Positions 39,501-51,500 of a stretch of DNA of 64,000 nt are shown here, piece by piece. A program made the position numbers and the translations under genes. Where the stretch lies: positions 1 through 64,000 of the forward strand of contig NW_026782379.1 in NCBI RefSeq assembly GCF_031769215.1. Direction: 5' to 3'. Below the pieces are notes generated by a model. That model was not told the origin of the DNA and searched no databases. It was given only the letters and a program-made list of their open reading frames with translations. The stretch's first letter is position 1. Every line of letters begins with the position of its first letter. Source of the stretch: Ylistrum balloti (Eukaryota).

Positions 39501-42500
39501 TAATGATTTTAGAAGTCTGGTCATAGCCTCGACTCAATGGATGATGACAGTCACAAGTCCCGGCACCGTCGTAGTGGATCTGGAGCTCCCGACAGTGATA
39601 AGAAACGTGCAAAACGGGCAACACCTGAGGATATGATGAGACGTAGACTTTGGACCATCTATAAGACGGTCCATGACTATACAGTAAGTGTTTTATATCT
39701 ATTTCAAAACATGCTGAAATAACTAATCTTGTGTTGTCTGTGACAAAATCATGAGACATTAAGAGATTTGGTTTTAGTTCTGTCATTCAAATGTGAAAAT
39801 GTATCTTTGATCCTGTTTTAATAATCATTCGAAACACTCAAGATAAGCAATTTTATTTAACTATTCTGAAGAATTTTTCATGTCAATGTCAATGTTTTGA
39901 TTTCAATTATCTATATCTGTGTGACAGGATCCTGAGGGCAGACCTCTAAGGATGATCTTTATGGAGCTTCCATCAAAGCGTGACTACCCTGATTATTATC
40001 AGGTTATTCTCCAGCCCATAGACATGGTTACTATAGAGGCCAAAATCAAGGGTGAAAAGGTAGGCATTCTTATATAATGATACCACAGCTGTTTTTGGGG
40101 GTTTTTTTTTTTGAAGAAATTTCCCTATTGAATAATAGATATTAGTTATTTACCATATAAAAGAAAAATGGGGGCAAGTTTTCATAAATATTTAATTCCT
40201 TATTAGGTACTGTGGTAAAAGTGGAGATAAACTTCTGGACAAAATTTAATCTAAGTATGTGCAAGCCGTTTGGCCATGTAAATCTCTTCCACACGTATGA
40301 ATTTGTGACCTATTACATACATGTCAAAGTACACAATAGATACTCAAAAGTACATTGATTGTTAAAAAATACCCCCATTTGTACAATTTGTCTACTGAAA
40401 TTTTGAAATTACTCCCTTTTGAAAATAACTGACGACAGTAACTGTAAAACATTTGTTATACAAATGATCAAGCTTGTAAAGCACTTTGATTTTGTTTTCA
40501 CAGTACTACAGTGAGAATGAGCTGATTGTAGACTTTGAGTTAATGTTTAACAATGCACGTCACTACAATGAGGAGGAATCCCAGGTATATAAGGATGCCA
40601 ACACACTGGAGAAGTTAGTTAAAAACAAGTGGAGGAACATGCTGCAGACAATGGAAGCTCGCAAGGCTCTCAGCAGGAAGTACGTGCAGATGTACCGACA
40701 GTGAGTCTTGTAAAGGCTGTATAAGGTTCAGTAGATAGGAATATCACAGCCGCCCCTATAGCCATAGAAAATCATTAACAACAATATTAACTGCATTCTG
40801 AGCGAATCAGCCAGATTGGAAATTTCATCTGCTTATGATCACATATCCTTAGAATTCATTTGATTATCACATATCTAAGTGTAAAAGAAAAAGATGTTTT
40901 TGTCTAGTTTTTTTTTTTTGTTTTTAACATAAAGAATTTTCTTGGTGATGTGATCCATTGGTGATGTGATCCATTGGTGATGTGATCCATTGTGATGTGA
41001 TCCATTGGTGATGTGATCCATTGTGATGTGATCCATTGTGATGTGATCCATGTGATCCATTGTGATGTGATGCAAAGCATATGTTTTTCCATCTGATGCT
41101 TTTCTTGCTTGATTATACTGCATTTTGGGATATGATATTAAGATTGTATCAGATTGTCTGTTATCTAATTGTCATTGATTTTTAAATGTTTGGTATTAAT
41201 CTGACTTGTCTTACTCTTTTCTATGTGTCTGGATATACAGGTAAGTAATATGTTCTTCCTTTAGATGGACAAAGGGAAAACATGTGGGGATATGTTCAGG
41301 ATCACAATTTATAGTTATAACATAGATCTTTTTCTTAGTCTACAGTTGCCATTCAAATTAAAGGAAAACCCTTAACAAGTCTTTATTTGTTCAATTATCA
41401 AATTTTTTACTCAAACTCCTATTACAAATATAAAACACATAAAACTTCACAACTACGGAAAGTCCTGTTAAAATGACCTGATTTATAGAATTTACTTTTA
41501 AAAAGTTTTATATTAAATTGAAGATAATTTGAATTCAAAGGTCTTGCAAATAACATTTAATTATTTGGATAAGAAACCATAAAAAAAATTCTGTGAAATA
41601 AGATACCACAATTAGATCACAAAAAACATAGATGATGGCATAGATGTTGTGTTACTAGATTATATATATATACACGTTAACATATTGTTGTAAAATGCTA
41701 CATATCCTTCTGAAGTCATCAGTTTCAACCCTTATCTGAGTCAATATTTCTCTAGTTATCACATTTGTTGTGACTTTAGTGTGAAGACAAATGTGTGTGA
41801 AAAGTCGACGAGGTAAGCAGCGCTTTGTTGGTATATATGTAGTAGAGAGCAACTCAGAAGGACAGAGATTAGGAGGATACGCAGCCCTGTTCTATATTGT
41901 GTTACCATAGTGAATAAAATTTTCATTCCTCCATCATTACACATACAATATCTAAGCCCAATTTCTTTCTAGTCATATAAACATACTTTTAGAATTTGTA
42001 TTAAAATAAAAGGATTTTTTGTCCACTGATTGGTATGGGAAGCTCGAATACACTTACAGAAATAGACAAAAGACAAGAGAAATAAAAACCTGATATTGGT
42101 GATGGTAGAGATTTGGCTAGAATGTTGTGTGTACAATATGATAGTGTTACACTGTTTTACAGTGTTTCGCTCCACTGATCGAGTCCCTATCACTGCCGTA
42201 TCCCCTCCAGCAAGTCTCCCTTTGTCACTTATTCCCTCATTTCCTCACCTTGTTATGTGGGATACGGCAAACCAAGATGAAAGTAAGTCTGACCCGTTTA
42301 CAGGGACATCTGTTAGCTGTTCTATTGACTAGGACAGACTGGGACATCAGTTACATGTTCTGTTGACTAGGACAGATTGGGACATCAATTACATGTTCTG
42401 TTGACTAGGACATTCTGGGACATCAATTACATGTTCTGGTGACTAGGACATTCTGGGACATCAATTACATGTTCTGTTGACTAGGATAGACTGGGACATC

Positions 42501-45500
42501 AGTTACATGTTCTGGTGACTAGGACATTCTGGGACATCAATTACATGTTCTGTTGACTCGGACAGACTGGGATATCAATTACATGTTCTGTTGACTAGGA
42601 CAGACTGGGACATCAATTACATGTTCTATTGACTAGGACAGACTGGGACATCAATTACATGTTCTGTTGACTAGGACATTCTGGGACATCAATTACATGT
42701 TCTGGTGACTAGGACATTCTGGGACATCAGTTACATGTTCTGTTGACTAGGGCAGACTGGGACATTAATTACATGTTCTGTTGACTAGGACAGACTGGGA
42801 CATCAATTACATGTTCTGTTGACTAGGACAGACTGGGACATCAATTACATGTTCTGTTGACTATGACATACTGGGACATCAATTACATGTTCTGTTGACT
42901 AGGGCATTCTGGGACATCAATTACATGTTCTATTGACTAGGACAGACTGGGACATCTAGGACAGACTGGGACATCAATTACATGTTCTGTTGACTAGGAC
43001 ATTCTGGGACATCAGTTACATGTTCTGTTGACTAGGGCATTTGTTAGACTTACTTTTATCTTTCATTGTTGTATGTGTTGTGTCTATGAAATATGAATTA
43101 CTCGTATATTGTTCAAAGCCTTCAGTTAGATTAGCTTATATGTATTCTTTGGTTGTTATTTATTCTAATCCCTAGTTACAACAAACTTTTCTCTGTAAGA
43201 TTATGTAGTTATTTATTATTTGTATTTCTTTATTATAGCAGCACTAGAAGTTTGTCCTTCTTGTGCATACATTTTATATCACTTATTAGAGCTCTATGAA
43301 GGCTTTGAGCAGTTGAGTACAGAAGTTTCCTGATGTCAACAAAAAATAAGGACATATCTATTTAGTAATTGTAGAATATGTAGAGAATGATTATCTTAAA
43401 TGACTAGAAGTCTATCAAGCTGATACATAACCATTTTATATATTGTTAATGAAGTGAAGTACACATAAACTGTTAATGTTGTAATTTTCAAGGGTTAAGA
43501 TTTTCATGGTTTATATTCAGTGTACTGTAAAATCAATCGTTTTCCTGGAAGATTTATTTTCTTTTGATTTCATGGGTACTCCTTATCCACAAATTGATAT
43601 TTCCACCAGCTTTTAAGAGAAATGTTGTGCTTTATATATCATGAAATCAAGTGTCCACAATTATTTTTTTATTTGAAAAACCACGAAAATTGAGGCACAT
43701 GAAAAGATGTGATTTTACAGTATCTTTTTATCACAATTTTATTACTCAATTGAAGCCCTGGAAAACAACGACTTACAGTTAATTATACATGTAGTTGTTT
43801 GACATCAGGAAATTTTTCATTCTATATGTCTTTCATAATAATGTTTTATTAGTTTGTTCAGAACTTCTTTTCCATTCAATTAGAAGTTTAAGTTCAGACT
43901 AAAAGATAAAAGATCAATTATTTGTCTTTGTTCTGTATAAGCAGATGATTTAGACTGAATTGGATTTTTAATGATAAAATAATTGTGCTATTAACATGTT
44001 ACAAATTTAAAGTTGAATTGTTTGAAATTTCATTTCCAAAGTTCTTAGACAGTATTAAATGCTTCATGAAAAAAATATAAAAAGGAAAATAGATCTTCAG
44101 CAAATAAAGTTAAAATTATCAAATAACAATAAAGTAGTATAAGATTCTCTACATTTTTCAGTGATAACTTATGTCTCTTAAGGTAAATACATATTTTATG
44201 CAACTCTTTGAAATAACAGACATGAGTGCATGTTAGTGTAGTATTTCATCAGTGTTTCTGTCTACAGGATGAAGGATAAGAAGGTTACTCCCCTGCCTAC
44301 TAAACTCCAGGACATTTACAACACCATTCATAACTACCAGGATGCTCGAGGACGTGCTCTAGCCACGCCCTTCCTTAAACTTCCCCTCAAAACTGTAAGT
44401 AACAATTCTAAGCAAACATGTTTTATCTTGTCTTCTTATTTGTATGCTTTGATGTATAATGAGGAGGCTTCCTGTGGTGCCTGTGTCCATCCATCCATAA
44501 ATTGCATAGCAGACACTTCTTGTGGACTTTTTAGATAAATGTATTATTAAAGCGATAGAATGCCGGAGACAATCACAAATGTTCCTTAGCGATTTTTTAG
44601 CATGTACATTATAGCCACAGGATCTAATTCTCAGTTTTCATATGCAGATCGTAGACTATACTTAGTCCTCTAAAGATAGCAAAACTTTTTTTTTGTTTTT
44701 TTTTTATTTCCAATCTTCTTGTCAGTACTGATTGTCACTAGGTTTGGTGTTTAAGTTTGATGTGTAGCTCTGATGTTTGGTTGTCAGGAGTATCCCGACT
44801 ACTATGAGGTGATCAAGAAGCCTGTTGACATGCAGAGAATTCAGCAAAAGCTAACAGCCTCTCAGTATGAATCTGTAGAAGATATGGTGGCCGACTTTGT
44901 CCAGATGTTTGACAATGCCTGCAAATATAATGAACCAGACTCCCTCATCTACAAGGTGTGTTTCATTGAGTAATAGCTGCTGGGGAGATAAAATGATGTG
45001 TCAGTGAAGGTTTAATCACAATCAAAGTTTTACTGGCCTATCATGACAAAAAGAAAAACCTTGTCAAAATTTAATGTAAATATTGTATATGGATGATAAT
45101 GCATGTTGTAGACTACTCATTTTAAAAATGGTGTAATGAATGAACTTCTTCCTTTTTATTGAGCCTAAAAAAATAAATTGTATTAAGTTTTGGAAAATTT
45201 GTTGTTCAGAAAAAAATTGGTAGCCGTTTTTTAAGATAAGGTTATGTTCACAAAAAAGTCTGTTGAACATAACAAGTGCAATCAATATTTACTTAAATAG
45301 CTTTTATAGAGCAATGTATGCATGAGATTTATAACTTCAAAAGAATTGTATTCACTGGTTTTTTAAAATTTTGATATGTTCAAAGTCAAGTTTACTTTAA
45401 GACATTTATTTGACCTTTGACCTTCAGGATGCCCTGACGCTACAGAGAGTATGTCTTGAGAAGAAATTAGAGATGAGCAATGACGGTGTCAATGATATTC

Positions 45501-48500
45501 CTGATGTGAGGGCTGCTGTCTTGGAAATGATGACCAGTTTGTTCATATCTACTTACAATTTCCAGGTAAGGCTAAAGATAGATCAAACCAGTGTACAGAA
45601 TAGGATTCTCCTTAAGTCCAAACGTGCCATTGAGGACAGTGAAATGTGGAAATTAAGATTTGTATTTTGATATAGAAGCTGATGCTGACCGTTTTATTTC
45701 AACAGGATGAGGAAGGGCGTTGTTACAGTGATTCCTTTGCGGAACTCCCTGAACGGGACCCAGACGAAGATCTAGAAACTTCTAAACAAAAAGAGTAAGT
45801 CTTTGGCATTATAGCATATGAAATTTTCATAATCATTCGAATTTTCCCTTCAACTACTTTTTATTTCTTGGAATTTATATGTTGATTTTAATATTGTGAA
45901 ACATAGTTAAATGAAATTCTATTATTCTTTGCATACATTGTGTAAATAAAAAACCTTTTTATTTTCTTAGGAAACCATTGTCGTTTGACCAGATCAAGAG
46001 AAATTTAGACAAGGTAAGTAGAATGAAGAATCTAGTCAATGTAATGGGGATGTAACTAGTCAATGGCATATTTTACAGAAACAAAATTTTTTATTATTCA
46101 AATAGTTATAAAAGAATATCAAATAGTTGTATTTGTGTTACAGGGTAGATACAGGCGATTTGATAAGTTCCAGGAAGATATGTTTGAGGTATTTGAGAGA
46201 GCTCGACGACTTAGCAGAACTGACTCTCAGGTATGACAAAATTTAATATAATGAGTGACCATGTACATAATTATTTGCTCTTTTTTGTTCCCTCCCTCTC
46301 TTATTTTTTTTACATGAGCATCCTGCATCCTCCCATCAATTTTCCTATCAAGTCCAAACTTAAAGACCAAATCCTTACAAGATGAGAAATGAAAAGAAAT
46401 TAAAACATTTATATTTTGATGAAATAGTTGTGAAATATTTCTTTGTCATTGCAGCTGTATGAAGATGCTGTGGAGATGCATTTGTACTTCATCAAAACAA
46501 GAGATGAAACCTGTCGTAATGGTGAAATACTGCTCACACCTGCTCTCAGTTACACAGAGCGCCACTTGCAAGCCTCTCTAGATGCAGAGAAGATAGAGAA
46601 ATTACCAATGGAACAACAGAGTATGGAGGAAAAGCGAGCTCGGCAGGAGGCAGAGGAATTTAATACAGTAAGATTTTCTGTTATAGCCAAAATACTGTCT
46701 TAAGTTTATATGATGTTGAGAGAAAGGTGAAAGCAAAAGATAATATTTGTAATCTGAAAAGATTAATAAAAAAATGGGACTATGCTCTTGCTCTCTCTTT
46801 AATTGTTAATATGTTGATAGTTTTGATATAGTGTGTAAGTACATATTTGTATGCAAAATTCTGCTTCTGTATTGCAGCCAAGTGAAGGTGGTTTGGACAG
46901 CTTCCGGTACAAGGAAGAGACCTTCCACGTAGGAGACTTTGTCTATATAGAGCCTCGGTGGGTACACAGACTTTTCAAATAAATATCACTTTTTGTATTA
47001 TGATTTTTCTACCAGTCTATTTGCTCGATTATGTTTAGATAGTTATTACCAGAATGATGACGTTCATCTGACCTTCATAAATTCATTGAATCATAAAAGC
47101 TAGTTCAGATGAATAACTGTGTTAAAATGCTGTAAGCTTTCCGGTGTAGAGATTCTTTGATAGGAGTTGAAGGAATAATGACATGCATTCCCTTAAAAGT
47201 TTGTATTAATGTATTCAAAACATCAGCATATTATTGACATATATATCAATGAGTGGAAATAATATCAGAGGGTTGGTGAAAAGCTAGTTTTAACAACATT
47301 TTCCTTTGAACTTATTTTCCTGTATCATTAGCAATGATTGTATTTTCATGACAGGGAGAAGGGCCAGGAACCTCACATCATGTGTATAGAGAAATTGTTT
47401 GTGGACCAGACTGATACACAGATGTTACATGGTAACTGGTTCTACAGGCCAAACGAGACCTTTCACCTCGCTACCAGAAAGTTCCTTGAAAAGGTTAGTA
47501 AATACAGTGGAGAAATGGTGAAAGCTGACTCATATCTCTTCTTAAATCCCTGCACCAGTTCATGGGCTGTGTGTATTTTTTGTTTAAATGATAAAAAATC
47601 AAATCAGTATCTAACCTAGGTTAAGTTAGGGTTAAATACAGGCTTCCTTTTGAGATTATTAGTTCAGTCTGTAGATGATTTCTTTAACTTAAGAATAAGG
47701 TAAAAAAAAAAGCTTCTAATTTCAAAGGCTATAAATCAGTTTTTTCAACAATTTCATGGCTGTAAATATCAATATTGTTTATCCAATGGAAAACACAACT
47801 ATAACTCTAGTGTTGATTGCTTCCCACAGGAAGTGTTGAAAAGTGACTCCTACACCAGTATACCCATCACACAAGTCCTGGGCAAATGTTACATCATGTT
47901 TGTCAAGGATTACTTCAAATACAGACCAGAGGTAGGTTCTATAATCTTGTATGAATGTTAATAAAGTATCATTGAGTTTGTCAAATTATGCATAAAATAT
48001 TTTAAATCAATGTTGTTGAATAGTTTAATTTCCTGGATATTGACATTGATATGCATATTTCCTCTAACAATCAAGAAAAAGTTCTCTTGAATTATATTCA
48101 AATTCAATTATCAAAAAAGTGTTTTCTTTTATTCATTTTGAAAATTTACTCTAGAATTTAACAAGAGGTAAATAGGTTATTTATAACTGGGGGAAAATAC
48201 AGAATTGAAAATTATTCAAATGCAGAATCAGTATTATTGTTTAGTATGAGGTGATAGATATATTATGAAGTAATAGAATGTAGTAGTGTAAGTTTATCAT
48301 TACTTTCTATAATTCACACAGGGAGTAGCTGACCATGATGTGTACGTCTGTGAGAACAGATATGTTGCCAAACATAAATGCTTCAAGAAGATAAAGGTTT
48401 GTGTTTGGCTTTTGATTTGTCTTATGTACGGTAAAAACCTGTGTAATGTGCGCACCAACGTAATGTTTTCACATACTTTTTTGGGCAAAAAATGGTAAAA

Positions 48501-51500
48501 AAAATACTTCTACTTGCATAATGTACGCACCCAAAATTTCTGTCAAAACTAATCTTTGGGAGCCAAGACAGCAATCTTGGAATGTTCAGTATACAGGTCA
48601 GACCAACGATATAGAATCAAAAACTTGAAAGTATTCCCTTCAAAATTTGTTTTCATCTCATTTACTGACTTTTAATAACCTGTTTAATTACAGCCAAATG
48701 TTTGTGCCTCTTCTTGTTTTTTTTTTATATATATACATTAGACATGTCTCGTTTTCATTCACTTACCTATCCAATTATCCCTTATTTATCTTACGTATAC
48801 AAGCACTTGTCTTTACACTAGCCCTAATCAACAGTGTTTAGTGTTATAGCTGGCTGTCCTTTGGACATTATTTTCTAAAAAAAAAAAGCTATGCACATTA
48901 CATGGGTTTTTGCAGAATTTTTATTTCTTGTAATATTTCAGTTTTTTATTTGAAATGGAAAGAAAAAGTATGTAACTCTAATTCTGTTTTTCTAAAGCCT
49001 ATAAACTGCAAGTAGTATTAATTGTTTATATAGTAAGGTTCACTTTTCCTCAGTTGTTTTGAGATAAGACTTCCGAATGTATTTAAATGAATCTTTAATG
49101 ATGAGATATGTCACTGTTATACTACCCATTACAGATCTGGCAGTCGACCAAGAGTGACAATGTGAGCATTGTCCCACGTGACATCCCACTGGTGCCAGTG
49201 CGTGTGGCTTCAGTGTTTGCTGACAAGGAGAAGGACATCATTGACGATGGTGACAACAGCATTTTAGACAAAAAGAGGCTGGTAAGTATAATCAGGTATT
49301 TGATAAAACCATGCAGTATGTTATGAAATAAAATAACACAGAAAGTGAAATTTCAAAATTAGCAGATTTTCTGGGTGAAAATGTAATTGGGATGTAACTA
49401 GCTTATGAAAATTAGATATTTGGTGGGTTTTGCTACTAATTAAGCTGTTGAAATTTCTCTGTATTAAAACTGAAGATTTTGTTGATTTGATCATAAATTG
49501 GTGTGTGATTCTCCGTATCAAAACAAAGACATTCTGTTATGCCAGTAATCCAATTATGGTGTGGTTCTCTGGATTAAAATAAAACATTTGGTTATGCCTA
49601 TGATTAAATTGATTTGCATTTATCTACTTACAGGATGTACAGATAGAGATACCAAATGGAGAAGAAGGATGTGTGTACTATGATCAACTCAATACTGCAG
49701 CTGGCACTCTAAAATTAGGTACATATGTAGACAGTAATCTTCACATTATGATTTCCTAATACTCTTATCTAGTGTCTAACTTTGTAGATAACCAATATTT
49801 TATTCAGACGTAATTTTGTGCTTTTTCAGACTTAATATTCTCTTGATGTTTATTTGTGACCTTATGTTCTGTCACGGTATGAATATCATAAAAGGTCTAT
49901 TAATTATAGAATGTATCCTTTATATTGGATTGATGCTTAACACAACTTTACAAAAAGAGATATCAGGGGGAAAAAATCAATATGCTAAAAATGATTTTGT
50001 GATTTCTTGCTACCAATGTATGGTAAAGAGAAATTTAAAAAGAGTTGGTGAAAGGAATAGTAACACCATCTGATAGAAGATTTTCATATTCCTTCAAGGG
50101 GACGGAGTGTATATCAAGTCTGACAGAGAAAAACAGCTGCTGTGTAGGATTGACAAGATCTGGGTCAACAGGAAGTATGTATTTGAAACGGGGGGAAAAA
50201 ATAGTAACAGTGTTGATATTTGATGGGAATGTCAACTGTTTGATGTGATTATATTGTGATATTACACAAAATGAAATAGCTCTAAAAGGAAAAACAATAA
50301 TGGAAAATTCCACTTTTATGAAGAAAACTTAGATTTGTGTGACACGATGTTGATATACCAGTAGAGGTATGACTTATTGCTTGAGTTGCATACCGTGTGA
50401 TATCACTCAATTGTCACCTTCAGAATAATTTTGTATAACATTTTAAATGAAACTTTTATAATGCAGAGTGGTTATTAAGGTCTGGAAATGTTGCAAGTGG
50501 TCTTAAAAACAAATCCACTACTTACTGTATTCAAACTATATAGTTTCAAGTTTGCATTTTGTGTAGTTAAAACTTTCTTCACTTATTTGACAAGAGTAAT
50601 GGTAAATGGTAATTTGAACATGTTTGTTTACAGTGGCGAGACCTACTTGAATGGTCCATGGTATATTTATCCATCAGACATTGAACACTCACCTACCCGC
50701 CTGTTTTACAAGAATGAGGTGTTTGCCTGTGGTATTGAGGACACCATCAGTATAGATAGAGTTGCTGGCAAATGTTGTATACTCCATATCAAAGATTACC
50801 TTACTAGTAAGTTAACTTAAAACGAAAAAGTTTAAAATGTTATTAGATATTGGTAAAAATTCACATTTAGCTTGGAAAAAGTTTTATGAAGATAGTTAAA
50901 ACAAAGACTTGTTGAGTTTACCCAGATTCTTTTAATTATCATTATTTCTTCTTCTCCAGTTGCTTTCTGCTGTAAAGATTTCTGACACTTTTCTCAAAAA
51001 CTCATTGGCTCTTCACCAAACTTCAAGGGACCAATACTGAGAGCCTTTAGATGTGCAAACAATTTCCGTTTTCTGATTTGGCAAGATGGCCACCATTTTC
51101 TTGCTCCTGATTGGCTAATACTTTTTCAGCTATAACTTTGGTTCACAGCATCAAGATGAGAATTTGTGGGGATTGTAACTATGGGGCACTCTCTAAGATA
51201 GTGTAAAAAGAAATGACCGTGTCTCCAAAATCACTGCAAAATGGAGGCTTCTGATGGTTGGAAATTTAGACATTGTCCAATTTTGAAAATATTTGGTATG
51301 CTGATGTAGTATGACATCTGAAACACAATGGTGACATCAGTTTTCAGACTGGACGAAATGACCCACCAGGGGGTTAGTCAAAAGATTCATTTTGTTAGGG
51401 GTTATTGTTAACTTTATTGTTTTTAATTTTTAAAGATGTATATGTATGCCAGCCTGTTTTGTAGGCCTTCCTTCCCTATGTTAAAGTATTTTAATAAGCA

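Noticed and set aside
40875-41123. Minus-strand ORFs with MDHIT/QWIT repeats
   Set aside because: These are translations of the 15/16-bp tandem repeat; no splice or homology support.
42303-43041. CRISPR-like array (38-bp periodicity)
   Set aside because: Units are head-to-tail with no unique spacers, there are no cas genes, and the context is a eukaryotic intron.
42303-43041. p53 response elements in the minisatellite (TTACATGTTC)
   Set aside because: Only 8/10 match to one RRRCWWGYYY half-site, with no adjacent second half-site.
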